A DNA stretch of 64,000 bases from Octopus sinensis (taxonomy: Eukaryota). Below are positions 12,801 through 26,619 of the stretch, in pieces. The notes under the pieces were generated by a model. That model ran no database searches and was not told the DNA's origin. It was given only the letters and a program-made list of their open reading frames with translations. The DNA lies in contig NC_042997.1 in assembly GCF_006345805.1 (NCBI RefSeq), forward strand, positions 18,352,001-18,416,000, in the 5' to 3' direction. Both the position numbers and the translations under genes were made by a program. How positions within the stretch are numbered: the first letter of the stretch is position 1; every line of letters starts with the position of its first letter.

Positions 12801-14107
12801 ATTACTGCAGATATATAGTTTATAGATCAAGCTTAATATATTGGTGTTTCATCAGCTCCAAGGCAATGTTTGAACTAAGAAAATAGACAGACAAAACTAC
12901 ATACTATAAACTATTTTGAATATTTCTCTATTGAGAAAACCAATTCTCTCACCCTTGCAAGTCAACATTATTTCCACACACATCATAGACTCTACTCTGT
13001 ATTATGTGATTCCTGAGCTTTACTGGCTTGGTCTAAACCAGTGATTCCCAACCATCTTTTACCTGTAGATCCCTTTGATTGCAATTTTATTCTCGTGGAC
13101 CCCTATCACTATTTGATGCTTATAAACTAGTTTTACAGATACTTCTTTCAAAATTCCCATTTTGTTATTCACATACTAACTTATGTAGACTGAACCATGT
13201 AAAAACTTTGAGAAAGAAATTTAGCTGTTTCTTGAAGTAAATACATGTGACTCAAACCTTTTTCATGGACCCTTAATATAATACTGTGCATCTCCAATTC
13301 ACTACTTTCCTTGCATGGATGCCCAAAAGTTGGAGCTTTTGGGGTCATATGCATCTCAGTTGAGAACCACTGATCTAAGCTGTGATCTGGCTGGTTAGTT
13401 TTGTTTACCACCCTTAGGTATTTAATCAGCTTATTAAATGAAACAAATATTTTCAAATATATTGATGAGAAAAACTATTGCAATAACAAGTATAACTATT
13501 TGTGAAAATATCTAGTTTGCAGCATCATGCAATTTTGACATAACAATGGATATGAGAAAATGTATTAAAGAAAAATAAATTATTTTAAGATTCCATAAAA
13601 AATAAAATCATACTTTATGACATTTTAAGTGACCTGGATGGCTGAAAAGAATGCTTCGTTTATTCCAAATATAATTGATCTAATTAACAAGGGATGTAAA
13701 GAGGAGGAATTATTCATAATTATCTTGGTTGGCTAAGACAACTAAAATCGTATATAATCTGTTGGCAGCAAACTAGACATAATTATTTAAGTATAGAGTT
13801 TTTTTCCATCGTCAGATGAGTGATTATCAATCTAAAAAAAAAAAAGCAAATTGGCTTCAGCATAGTGTTATTTATTTTTTTTTTTTCTTACTATTATTCA
13901 TTCTATCTGATTATCTTCATACTGAATTTGTTGAACTAGGCACTAAGCCAATTTTGATAGGGAAGGCGTACTGATACTTACTTTATCAACCCTAGAGTTT
14001 GAACTCAGAAAGTTGAAGTATGAAACAGATATTGTTACATATTTGTTCTGGCATACTAATATTTCTTTCAAGTATCCATCTTCAGTTACACAGTGGAAAC
14101 CACTTAC

Positions 14108-14150
14108 TGTGACCACTTTGAGATGAAGCCTTTTTTGTAACAATAACCAA
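14108..14150 (-). CDS. Candidate exon (xGYCYKKGFISKWSx); an alternative 169-nt version runs to 13982 in another frame
   Basis: Good acceptor tctttatttgtttaatgttatcag| and two consensus gtaagt donors (14107 and 13981). The 43-nt form is phase-compatible with the candidate exon at 8754-8835. Confidence 0.3.
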
Positions 14151-14282
14151 CTGATAACATTAAACAAATAAAGAATTTGAGATACACAAATTCTAATAAC
14201 AATAACCAGTTACTAAATTTATCCATGATGTTAATAAGTGGCTCCCAGTGCATTCTAAATATTCTTTAATTCTTTTTCTTTT

Positions 14283-14473
14283 ATTTTGTTTCAGTCATTT
14301 GACTGTGGCCATGCTAGAGCACTGCATTTAGTCGAGCAAATCAACCCCAGGCCTTATTCTTTGTAAGCTTAGTACTTATTCTATCGGTCTCTTTTACTGA
14401 ACTGCTAAGTTACAGGGATGTAAACATACCAATGTCAGTTGTCAAGTGATGTTGGGGTGACAAACACAGACAT

Positions 14474-14528
<55 letters not shown>

Positions 14529-14690
14529 ATTGGCTTCTTTCAGTTTCTGTCTAACAAATCCACTCACAAGGCTTTGGTCGGCCCAAGGCTATAGTAGAAG
14601 ACATTTGCCCCAGCTGCCATGCAGTGGGACTGAACCCAGAACCATGTGGCTGGTAAGCAAGCTACTTAACACACAGCCACTCCTGTGCCT
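14283..14690 (-). mobile_element. Full-length SINE family A
   Basis: Reverse complement of 10649-11038 with an internal (CA)n(TA)n. Confidence 0.92.
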
Positions 14691-15002
14691 ATAAATATAT
14701 CCCTATTTCATTTCATTATAATTGATTTAAACCTATCCAGTACAAGCAAAGTTAGAAATTATCTTTATTTGTTATTGTTTAGCTTTGAATCAACTCTTTT
14801 AGTGGAAACCTATAATCAAAGACATTCCAGTTGTGGCCATCCTATCATTTTTATGATTATATCGTCAAAAGTTTTTGACCTTTTTAACGTAGTAAGTAGC
14901 ATTGATTTGAGAGGGTTTTGACTATGTAGAAGCCATTCTCACTGGTTTTTGAAATGTTGAAGTATAAAAAGAACTGATAAGTCCACATTGCTCCTTAAAG
15001 AG

Positions 15003-15205
15003 CATAGGGGTGACTTTCTGGTTCCTCTGGCCTATGTATTCCTCCTTGGATGGAACATCAGTCCATTGCAGGATTACTCGTTTTTACCAACTGAGTGGAC
15101 TGGATCAACATAAAGTGAAGTGCTTTGCTCAAGAACGCAACACATTATCTGGTCCAGGAATTGAAACCACATTCTTGTGATCATAAGGTCAACACCCTAA
15201 CCTCT
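15003..15205 (-). mobile_element. SINE family B (diverged)
   Basis: Reverse complement similar to 7000-7150 (ctgagtggactgga..tttgctcaagaac..ggtccaggaattgaaacc). Confidence 0.8.
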
Positions 15206-15699
15206 AAAACAAACAATACATTATGTATTTAAAAAGATGTCAAGGATATCATGCAGGAGATACTATATATTTTATGACATAATAAATAAATGCAACTAGA
15301 AGACCCTTGATAAATGTTTCTGGTTACAATAATGTCTTCAAACTTCTGTTGTTTATCTTTAGATCACCTCTGAGTAAGCAAATCAGTAGCATTCCAATCA
15401 GAAGCATTTTTGAGCAAGTCAAACAACCAAAAACTACAGTGTTGGCTAATCAAAGTTTCTCAAAATTGACTGGTACTGTAAAGCTAAGCACATTTCTCAA
15501 ACATGCTTTAGTTGAGCAAAGGAGCCTCTAGATAAACACTTGTAAGAAATAGCAACTAAATATCCTTCAAATCTTACCATCTTCAAAGCAGTCAGATAAT
15601 TCATTCCTAGATACACTAAGGGTTAGTCATGGTTGGAATGCGAATGCTCTTGATAGTAGGTTTGTTTATTTTGGACTGATATGATGCCAACTAAAACTT

Positions 15700-16400
15700 G
15701 TTTCAGTCAATGTCACTACAAAACAAGCACCTTTCCTAATTTCCAGTGTAATGGTTGGTGTAATAAAGAATGCCCAGTTATAGGATTATCAGCATCTTTC
15801 ACATTGTCTTCCTTATTCCTACATCATGGACTGCTGTGTAAATCTTCATTTTCTATTTCACTGCTGCTTATTTCCACATGAAAATTAGGTCTGTTGTTTT
15901 CTTTTCTGATATTCAAAGAGCATCCAATTAGATTTATTGTTTATTGATATCAGAGTTGTGAAATTTGCACACATGTATGGTAGGTGTAGAGTTCTTTGGG
16001 ATATCTTCATTTCAACATGGATGAACTTCCAACCATCAAAAAAAAATGTCTTATAACAAAGAAGCTGCAAGCACTTTTCTATTTGAAGAGAATGAGTGTT
16101 GTTATTGTTCGCCAGTAGGTAGTCAACGTTGGGCATTTGAAGTTTACTTCTTCTTGGTTTATTTCCTTAAATAGTTTTCCTTGAAAAGGTGGCTAGTAAG
16201 ATTGCTTAATGATGGTTGAGTGCAAACTGATACCATTTCAGCAAACTGCAGCACCAATAAAACTGAAAAATATGCTAGTCATATTATGCAGCTTAATGTA
16301 TCTGAAAATTTGTTGTCGTGCATGATAATTTTTTGCTGTGGTTTTTATGGCCAGTTGCCTTTTATCAAGGCAAACGTCAGGATAGGAAGAAGAATCATGA
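15700..16400 (-). mobile_element. Heavily decayed RTE-like LINE RT fragment
   Basis: Faint RT-like peptides (a D.DFADD-like kfsdtl segment and a downstream WK..EIY..IR-like segment); many stops. Confidence 0.35.
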
Positions 16401-17699
16401 AATATATTGGATAACACTAGTTAAAGTTTAAAAACAAATAGAAGTTTATAGTGCAGTGGTTGAGTGGTTAATATCATAGGCTAGTTATCTATAGGACATG
16501 GGTTCAAGCATTTCACTTAGCATTCCATATCCTAGTTATTTAGAAAAATAAGAATCAGTTTTCAGTTAAGATGTTGGTGTGAAGAAAGCTTGAGAGCACA
16601 TACAAAGCTGGAAATTTGTTGAGACAGCTAATACAGATTATTGGGGAAAATGCTGATGCAAAATTGTTTCGGATATTTGAATATGGCATTTAAATTAATT
16701 AGGGAAAAAAGCAGCCACAATTTTTAATGTATCCATAAGCAAATTATCTGCAATTAGCAAAATAAACCTATCTGATTTCTTGGTGCTATTGTTTAGAATC
16801 AGGTCTAATTTGAGAGTTGAAATACAAGCAAAAATTTTCCAGGCATGAATATCTAAACATACTAGAAATAAATGTACTCTGGATGCATTAGATATATATA
16901 TATTTTTAGGATGATAGGTTTGATTTGAGGAAGATTTAGTTACTATATTTAGCAAGTCAAGTGATTATGTAGAAACTCTCTCATTGGTTTAAACATATTC
17001 ATTTCTTAAGGATTGGCACAAGATCATATTTTACAGAAAAGGGCTATAGTTAATTAAATGAATAGCAGTACCTTACTGGTACTAATTTTGTCTATGCCAA
17101 ATGAATTGAATGAAAAAAATCAGGCAAAATTTGAACTCATATTACAGAAAGAGGAAGCTAACTACTGCCAATATTTAATTCAAGCCTCTGCTATTCCTGT
17201 CAACTTGTAGCCTTTAATTTTCTTGAACATTGGCAAGTGAAAGATATTAAAATGTCTGGATTGTCATATTAAAAGCTGAATTTCGAGCTGAGTTTTGTTT
17301 TTATTTTAGTTTTTAAAGGATGAGGGAGAAGAGGAAAGCAACTGCCATGACATCTTTCAGGGTCTCAATGACATGTAGGAGAAATTAAGGAAGTTATACC
17401 CAGATCAGAGACATGTCTTTAATGCTTGTAACTGGATAGATTCCTCTAAAAGTAGCCAAAGGTCAGGTTGTAGTGTTAAGCCAAGCAACAGATTAAGTCT
17501 ACAACCCAAGAAAAGGAATGGTATCTCTGGTTGGGCTATCACACAGTTATTGCCTATCAAATTTAATTTTCAAGGTTTTGGTCAATACAAGGCTATGGCA
17601 GATGACTTACTCAGGGGGTTAAGGCTGTGGAATCAAACACAAAAAAAAGATATATAGGTGTGAAGGCTGCAAAACAAACTTCAAAACCACTTAGTTCTA

Positions 17700-18600
17700 T
17701 CTGAGCCCTTTGCTGCTGCTGTTGCTAATTATTCTTGTTGGTTTTATTGCTAATACTGTTGTTGCAGTTGTTACAGTTATTGATGCTGATGCTGCTACTG
17801 TTGTTAATGTCTTTGTTGTTGTTATTGTTGCTACTTTTGTTGTTATTCCCCATGCTGCTATTACTGCTACTATTACCATCATATGATAATGATACTACTA
17901 TAGTGGCTACTGCTACATCACCGCAGCAGCTACTGCTGACACTACTGCTAAAGTTAGTGTCGCAGTTTCTGTTGTAGTTGTAGCAGTTCCCGCTGCTGTC
18001 TCTGACACCGCTGCTAATACTGTCTCTATTGCTTGCTGCTGATACTGCTGCTGTTACTCTTCTTTCCTACTGCAGTTGCTGACACTACTGCTGCTGCTGC
18101 TGCTAATACTGTTTCTACTACTGTTGCTGCTGCTGACACTGCTGCTGTTACTTTTACGACTGCTGTTCCTGACACTGCTGCTATTGTTGTGAACGTTGCA
18201 ACAATTACTGCTGCTATCACATTGACTGCTACAACTACAACAACAAAAAAACTGCGACACTAACTTTAGCTGTTGCTGCTGTTACTGAATCTGGTGCAAC
18301 AGTTTTTACTGCTGATACATGATTCTGGTGCAACAGATTTTTATTTTAATTTTTCCTGCTGCTACAACTGTTACAACAACAGCAGCAGCAACAACAACGA
18401 CAACAACAACAACAAGAGCACATTCTGTAGCTTCTGCTTGAGTAACTATCATAACTACTGCCATAGTTATTATTACTATGCTGTTGTTGTTATTATTGTT
18501 GTTGCTGATGCTATAATTATCTTTAGTACTGCTGCTATAATCCCAATGGACAAATTATGTGCTGCAGCAGCAGTAGGTAATTGGTCTATTGTTTGACTAT
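17700..18600. repeat. Cryptic trinucleotide low-complexity tract (GCT/ACT/GTT/CAA)
   Basis: Directly visible; produces poly-A/T/L/S ORFs in several frames on both strands. Confidence 0.9.
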
Positions 18601-18614
18601 TGTTTCTCATTTTA

Positions 18615-18617
<3 letters not shown>

Positions 18618-18709
<92 letters not shown>

Positions 18710-18748
18710 TATATACATATATATATATAAATACATATATATATATAT

Positions 18749-18781
<33 letters not shown>

Positions 18782-18870
18782 GTATGCATATATATATGGT
18801 TATCTATACATACACACTCATACATGTATGTGTGTGTGTGTGTGCATGTATGTATATATATGTATGTATA

Positions 18871-18956
<86 letters not shown>

Positions 18957-18960
18957 GTAT
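18618..18960. repeat. Long interrupted (TA)n/(TG)n microsatellite
   Basis: Directly visible. Confidence 0.97.
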
Positions 18961-19458
18961 GAATATGCAAACATTTTAAAGTGATGCACTATGCATTTAA
19001 GTCTAATTCGATTTGAGTGTATGTGTGTAAATGTCTCTATGTGTGTGTATGTGTGCCTGTAGTTAATTTCAATAGACCTAATTATTCCATATTAGATTCA
19101 ATTTTATTAATTTCACAGCTGTCACTTACCCTCCATCTTCTTTTATTTCCTTTTCCTACCAACACGGATGTGTGTAAAATAATTATATTTTAATCACAAT
19201 GCTTGCCAGCAAAAATAACTGAAATTTATCAATGAAATTACTGTAATTTTCTAGCATGCCGGAAATATTCTTCCATCACAGTTAATTTTGTTTTATTTTT
19301 GTTATTTTTTTTTTTAATATTTTCCCACCAAAAGAATAGTGAAGAAAGAAAATGAGTTTTGTTCTGTCTTTATAAAAACCAGTTGGTGCTTATTTATCAA
19401 CTTCCTCAATACTGATCTGTTCCTTCAGTTTTCACGCAGAATGATTGTATTCCACCAT

Positions 19459-19497
<39 letters not shown>

Positions 19498-19730
19498 TTG
19501 TGATATCTGAACCATTTTTGGGTTATTTGTCATTGTTGCTATTTTCTTTTTCTTGAAACCCTGCTGGCTAGATTTACGTAATGTTTAATTTTATTTCAAT
19601 TATTAAAAAAAAAAAAATTTGTTGATTAATTTGTTGTTGTTGTTGCTGCTGTATTCTTATTGAATATAATATATCTCTTAAAAAAATAAAAATAAAAAAA
19701 ACATAGGTATCATATCAAATACCATATCTC

Positions 19731-20078
19731 TGGTTCAATCTACCAAATTACAAAGGTTATTGTATAGTATTTTTAAGCAACATATGTAAATATATTTGGT
19801 TGCAAGCCAGTCTTGAATAGAAAAGTTCTACAACTTGATAGAATTAATGGTATTTGCTACAAGTTTTCTTACAAAGATATAAATGCATAAATTGTCCAAC
19901 CCACTGGTTTAACCTACTGACTGTTAAAGGTTACTGTGTTATGTTCTTAAGCAGGATATACAAATATATTTTATTGTAACCAGGTTTGAATTGAAAAGTT
20001 CTATGGCTTGATTAAATGACTTGGTATTTGCTAAAAGTGTTCCAACACATACAGAAATATGTAGATGTGTCCAACCCA
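19731..20078. repeat. Diverged tandem duplication with ~174-bp period
   Basis: Units 19731-19903 and 19905-20078 share tggtt.aa.cta, aaaggtta.tg, ttaagca, aaatatatt, gaaaagttcta, tggtatttgcta and tgtccaaccca. Confidence 0.9.
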
Positions 20079-20895
20079 TGATCAGAGATACTTTTTTAAA
20101 GTCTTCATTAACATTAAAAATGGGACCAATTTTTTCATAAGTGTAATAATTTAATACTGGAAAAGACTCATTTATTACTAGCATTACTTGAAGAAATTCC
20201 AGATTACTTCAAAATATATAATTCATTTTGAAATTATATTCTTTTCCTGAAGTGTATGATTCTTGGGATGGCATAAAATTCACAAGGGCGGCATTGAAGA
20301 TGCAATTTCAAGAAAAAAAACATCTTTGCAAACTATATTCTTTGTTATACACTTGTAATCTGTTTTATTTTTATCTATTATTTTTATGCTTATGTCAAGA
20401 AGTAAACAATTAGAAAACACAATCTGTTTACCCTGTTGCTCTTCTTCAATGTAATTACATTGATAAAACTATCACAAATCATGATATGCTGTCCTACAGC
20501 ATACTAGGATTCATTTCTTTGCTCTTTTTTACATCCATATTTCATGCTAGCATAGATTTGACAGATATATATTATTTAGGCATTGTTTTACAATCAGATG
20601 ACTTTTTGATCACCTACATTTACCTTTTTTGCAAGTAAGGACTTTCTGTTCCACTTGTCTTTCAAAAGGTAATGACAACCAACTATTCATTCACAGAGGT
20701 ATTTCTGTGAATACCTTCATATTTATTATGTACAAATATGTATGTATGTATGTATGTATTCATATATATATGTGCCTCTACTATATATATGTATATATAT
20801 TCATATATATATATATAGATATATATATATATATATATATATATGTTTATATATCAATCTATCAATATATATATATTATATATATATATATGGGA

Positions 20896-21510
20896 TGAGG
20901 TGGCCCTTCAAACATTGGGCCTCACAGAGGCAATGACAGGAGACCAAGACCTTTAGAGATATGTTGTGATTGAGCAGACTCGGCAACTAAAGTCAGATCA
21001 CAACCATGCATGTCCAGTCCAGTTAAGAGTACCCCTGATACGTCAGGTGATTTGATATGCTTGAGAAGACCTGTTGAGTCAAGTGAAACCAATACTCTAG
21101 GTGTGGCCAGTACATCCTAACTGGTTTCTGTGCAGGTGGCACATAAAAAGCAACATTCAAATGTGGCTGATGCCAGTACCCCTTGACTGGTTCCCATGCC
21201 AGTGGCATGTAAAAGCACCATCTGAACATGGGCAATGCCAGTACTCCCTGACTGGCTCCCGTGCTGGTGGTACATAAAAAGCACTATCCGAATGTGATCA
21301 CTGCCAGCCCTGCCTAACTGGCTCCTGTGCCGGTGGCATATAAAAGGCACCTACTACACTTTTGGAGTGGTTGATGTTAGAAAGGGCATCCAGCTGTAGA
21401 AACATTGCCAGATCAGACTGGAGCCTGGTGCAACTGCTGACTCTCTAGACCTCAGTCAAACCGTCCAACCCATGCCAGCATGGAAAACGGGCGTTAAACG
21501 ATGATGATGG
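20896..21510 (+). mobile_element. SINE-like family D with internal degenerate tandem repeats and a (GAT)n LINE-type tail
   Basis: Repeated gtgc.ggtggcaca/gtaaaa.gcacc units and tail cagtcaaaccgtccaacccatgccagcatggaaaacgggcgttaaacgatgatgatg; copies at 55785 and 61455. Confidence 0.88.
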
Positions 21511-21540
21511 TATAGTAGAGGCCTACATATATATATATGT

Positions 21541-21765
21541 TAGAGGCATGCAGTTTATTTGTTAGGGTGTTGGACTCATGGTTGTAAGATTGTGGTTTTG
21601 ATTGCTGGATCATGCAACAGTCTGTGTTCTTGAGCAAACCATTTCATTTCATGTTGTTCCAGTCCACTCAGCTGACAAAAGTAAGTAATCACGCACTGGA
21701 CTGCGTCCAATCCAGGTGGGGAATATATAAGCCACTGAAACCAGAAAACCAGTCCTATGAGTCTA
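21541..21765 (+). mobile_element. SINE family B
   Basis: Similar to 7000-7237. Confidence 0.82.
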
Positions 21766-21840
21766 TATGACTTGGGATCTTTTTTATATATATGTGTACG
21801 CTTGCATGTATGTATATGTACATATATGAATGTACATATA

Positions 21841-21941
<101 letters not shown>

Positions 21942-22115
21942 TATGCTATCATTGTTAAATTCAACTTATGTTGAAAGTCAACAAAGTTTGTTTTAGAAGC
22001 GATGCGATGTATTGAAAGATATAGATAGGAAATAATTTTATTCTCAAATGCAGGATAATGCTAATAATATAGCATGAACAGAATAAACTATCCATATTTT
22101 GTAGAAAAATCTGTT

Positions 22116-22191
22116 GGTGGCCAGCCATGAGACTCGAACTCACATCCGTATGATTATGCGTCAAGTGCTTTACCATTAAGCTAAACTGAAC
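22116..22191 (-). pseudogene. tRNA-Met(CAT)-like pseudogene or SINE head
   Basis: The minus strand folds as a cloverleaf: D arm gctt-aatggta-aagc, anticodon loop cgCATaa, T arm gtgag-ttcgagt-ctcat. Acceptor and anticodon stems are mismatched, and it ends in cca. Confidence 0.6.
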
Positions 22192-22409
22192 GACAAATTC
22201 TTCTGATGAGTACACATTGAACAATGCTCCTGAAATAAGAGATGTGTTATTCCTGGTTGAAATGCTTTAGAACATTGAATAACTCAGTTAAGATGACAAC
22301 GATAACAACAATGATGATGATGACAATGATAATGATGTCTGCTTTCATTGAAGCCTACTCAGAGACTCTCTGTTGAGTCATCAACTTGTTACTGACAAAT
22401 TACAGCTAA

Positions 22410-22720
22410 GTTCCCTTGTATTCCACCTTATCATCTTAAGAAAATGATATATCATGGACAATGTTGTTCTCGATCAGGAATGGGTCCTCTTTTTCGAGAA
22501 GCAAACCACATGAAGTATGGCTCATCATAAGGTTGGCCACACTACTACAAAAATTCAAGGTAACTTTTTTCATTGGTGTGCAACTTAGAAAGATACATGG
22601 GCTGCAGTTTGCTCATTACTGTTCAAGATATACAAAAAAAAAAAAAATGGGATGGTCAAAGTTAGAGTATCTTTGATCATAGGTCTTCTCAATCACAACT
22701 TGCTGGGGGATAAGTGACAA
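22410..22720 (+). mobile_element. Old interspersed repeat family E (gggatggtca..tttgatcataggtct motif)
   Basis: Related decayed segments near 3230-3470, 15500-15680, 23780-23990 (-), 28900-28980, 32830-33200 and 63365-63590; class not determined. Confidence 0.5.
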
Positions 22721-23046
22721 GAACTGCTTTCACAAGTAGTAATGATTAAAAGAATTATAAACTCATTAGATGGTTGGGAAACCTATAAAGATGACTATAC
22801 ATGTAGTATATCTGTCTAAAACAAGTGATTGATATTCCAATATTTTAACTAAATAAATAATTGTCTATTGACTCTAGTCCTCTTCCTATTTTGTCTGGTT
22901 CCTTCATAGCTTTGACAAGAAAAATCTGCCTCATTAAACTTCATCTGGCCCATGCAAATATAGAAAAGTGGACATTAAAAGATAATGATGATAATAATAT
23001 ATATATATCGGTGCATCAGCATGGCCGCAGCTCTTAGCTAAAACTT

Positions 23047-23087
<41 letters not shown>

Positions 23088-23169
23088 AGTATTCACAAGA
23101 AAAGCAAAAGACGAAGACATGTTGTGTAGACAAGAAACAGATGTATTAGTATATACACACATATATAAA

Positions 23170-23272
23170 CTTTGTTAGATCCTGCTGCAACCTCCTGGCT
23201 CGCCAGCCCTCAGTCAAACCGACCAACCCATGCCAGCATGGAAAGCTGACGTTAAACGACGACAATGATGAT
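23170..23272 (+). mobile_element. 3' tail fragment of family D or its partner LINE
   Basis: ccctcagtcaaaccgaccaacccatgccagcatggaaagctgacgttaaacgacgacaatgatgat. Confidence 0.85.
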
Positions 23273-26131
23273 GATATATATATATAAATATTATCTTTTA
23301 ACAAGAATAGTATTAACAGTAACTTTGAAGTTTCAACCAGGTAAGCCAGCATCATACTATTTAATGATGGCTTCAGCTGGCTCATACTTTGAAGGCATTT
23401 TCAAAACTATACTTGTTAAAGAATAATAAATTTGTACTCTACGAAAAGTATCAAATACTCCTTCAATTTAATTTAAAATTGTTTTTATTTGTCTTCTGAA
23501 CGATAAATTCTTCTTGTAGGGTTAATGTAAGGAAGATCTGGCTGCTATTTCTAGCAGGTTGAGCAATTGCATGAAGATTTGGTGACAACAATTGTCATAA
23601 TAGCTAATGGTGAATAAGATGAAGCTGTTAGTAATAGAGGTAGTGATGATAATGATGATGATTGTGATAGGACAATAGTTAATGAAGGTTTTGGTGGTAG
23701 TAGTGACAAGATCATAGTCATGAAGATAAAAATACTTCTTGTATGTCAGTTGTGACAGTTGTGAAATGTCAGTAACATTAGTTGCTGCTGCTGTAATCTA
23801 ACTCTAGGACACCTGTGATCAAAAAGACCTCTGATCAAAGGCATTCAAGGCATCCTATCTTTCCAGAAATAAGTGAGAATATATTATCAAATTTCGTTTG
23901 TTCTTTATATAAAACTGGTCTGTGATTAACGGAAGATTCAGCTGCTATTTTCAGCAGGTTAAGTGGTCACGTAAGAATCTTCCTCATTGACATGCATCAT
24001 TGGTAAAAATCACTGCAGGTGTGAAAAATCTATTCTGATAGAGGAGGATTGAATTATGTTGGAAGTGAGAGACAAAATGCTGAATAGCATAACTGATTTC
24101 ATATATTAGTTGAAGGTGATGAAGGACTGTAGACAGTAGAACTGACTCCAGTGCATAATTGGTACTTATTATATGAAACATGAAAATATGACAGGCAGCA
24201 TCTTACTCATTGTCTTCAATTATAATTCCATTCACATCTATGTGGAGTAACAAAAATAATAACTGACTTTGGTACTCAACTGGTACTTTATTTTATCAAT
24301 TCCAGAAGGAAATAAGATAAAGTCAAAGGTGAACATAATGCAATTTGAACTCATAACATAAACTTAGAATGCAACAAAATAAAACAAGTCATTTTGTCTG
24401 ATTCTAACAGTTCTGCTGATTCAGCGTCCCTAAGTTTACCGAGGTTGAATTCAAACTAAAAATGTAGATGGCAGAAATGAAAAAAACTGTAATGCATTTA
24501 GGCTACTACTCCACCAACTTTGATGTATAATGAATCCCAAGTAAATTTAATGAAATGTTACAAAGAACTATATGTTTCTTAAACTAGCAAGCCATCTATA
24601 AATCTATTTAACTCTGTATTTAAGAGCGACTCTTTTCCCTTCTCTCTTTATAACAGATAAATATCTATGAGCAAGTGTGTGTGCATGTGTGTATATGTAT
24701 GCACACACACACACACATGGATACACACATGCACACACACATGCATATGCATGCACACACACATGCACATGCATGCACACACACGGCTTTTAGATATTCA
24801 CCTGTTGTGTTTTCTACTTATTTACTTATATGTGTTTGTGTTTTGTGTGCATGTGAGAGAGAGACAGTGAATAAGTAGATGAAGAAAGAGAAAGAGAGAG
24901 GGGAAGAGAGAGGAGAGAAAGAGGGAGGAGAGAAAGAAAGAGAGAGAGAGAAATGAGACACGTTGGTTGGTGCTGGAAACAAATCATAGTGAGTGATAGG
25001 AAATGAAATTAATTGCAGTCAACAAAAATATGGTGAAGGCTGGTATGTTAATAGATTAGATTAGGAAAGAAATATAAAGTAAAGGAGAGAACTTTGAGAG
25101 ACTCTGCCGCAAAGTAGGCGAAGGAAAGAAAACTAACCTAAGATAGGTCATTAGGTGTTAGCTTTAGTCATCGATTATAATTTGATTGGATTCCCAAACA
25201 AAATGATTCAATTTGCTTTTATTTTTCTCTACTTACAGATCTGTGGGTTCTATTAGTTTCGTTTTTGCCTTTATTTTTATTCTGACTAATTTGTTTTTAG
25301 TTTTCTTATTTCATTACATACTCAGGTGTGTGACAGCAGAGACGTGGCTTTTACTAGTAATGCAACTAAGTTTAGAAGCTTGGTCGCATTTATATGAAAT
25401 TGATCAGCCTAAGGCAGAAAGGTCTCTCTAAGTCCTGTAAGCCAGCTTTTCTAGTAATAGTGTCTCTATAAACAAAACATAGTATTTACTTTGTAAGGTG
25501 GAAAGAAGGATAAGACTTAAACATTTAACACTTCCTCCTGACAATTGGGTACCTTTAACAAGGCTCACTCTGTTGCAAGTTTTCAGACAAAGTAGTATGT
25601 GTAAGGATAACAAAACCCTTTTGTCAAATTTTTATCATTTCTTTCATAGAATAATTTTCAGAGTGTACAAGAAGAGTAAAATGTTCCCATGGAAGCTAAA
25701 ATTCCAGAGGCTGCCCTACCATTTCTGTGTAATTCTCCATCAATGTATGATTGTTGCTCCTCTCCTTTGAGTATTTAATTTTGTGAGTCCCACATGAGGA
25801 CTCTGAAACCAACTTGGATTGTCTACAGCAATGCATGCCTCGAAATTTGGTTTTTTCATTTTTCCCTTTTCCAAAATACCCTGACAACTGACAAAGTCTT
25901 GCTGTAAAATTGGACATCAGTCTGTTGGATTAGTAATTTTTTTTACTTTGCAGCAATACCTGTAGACTTACCCACCACTTCCCACTAATACAGGAGCATA
26001 CTGACCAACAAGAGAGCCTCGCAAGAAATTATAGCCAAATTTCCTTTAAATAAAACCTTAGCTTTTTATCAATGAAAGGACACATAAGATAATATAGTCC
26101 TAGATACAACATCTATCAACTTTTATTCCCA

Positions 26132-26515
26132 CTTGCTTCAGTCACTGAACTGTGGCCATGCTGGGGCATCACCTTCAAGATTTAGCTGAACAAATGAACC
26201 CCAGTACTTAAGATTTTAAGCCTGGTATTTATTCTAACAATCTCTCTTGCTGAACCACTAAGTTATGGAATGTAAACAAATCAATGCCAGCTGTCAAGTG
26301 GTGGAGAGGGGACAAATGCAAACACAGACACACACAAACAAATACATATATATTAAAGTCTTCTTTCAGTTTCTGACTATCAAATCCACTCACAAGGCTT
26401 TTGTCAGTCCAGGGCTATAGTAAAAGACACTATCCCAAGGTGCAACACAGTGGGACTGAACCTAGAACCATGGGGTTGAGAAGCAAACTCCTTGCCACAC
26501 AGCCATGCCTGCACC
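26132..26515 (-). mobile_element. SINE family A (diverged, full length)
   Basis: Reverse complement similar to 10649-11038. Confidence 0.88.
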
Positions 26516-26619
26516 CGTATACTTTGGAAAAAGCAGACAGGATCATTGCAGCTACTTGATCAGAGATAAATAATGGTTTTAACAAATGCAGAAGCCGTGC
26601 ATAATATTACTCTCTGATC

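Noticed and set aside
17697-18596. Mucin-like or antifreeze-like Ala/Thr-rich ORFs
   Set aside because: Low-complexity trinucleotide DNA open in several frames on both strands, with frequent frame breaks and no splice or start support.
20896-21510. Repeat-spacer pattern resembling a CRISPR array
   Set aside because: Units are degenerate, irregularly spaced and part of a dispersed eukaryotic repeat; no cas genes.
25326-25435. Plus-strand exon-like segment with a good acceptor and gtaagc donor
   Set aside because: All three frames contain stops, and no compatible downstream exon was found; it could be a UTR exon but is unsupported.
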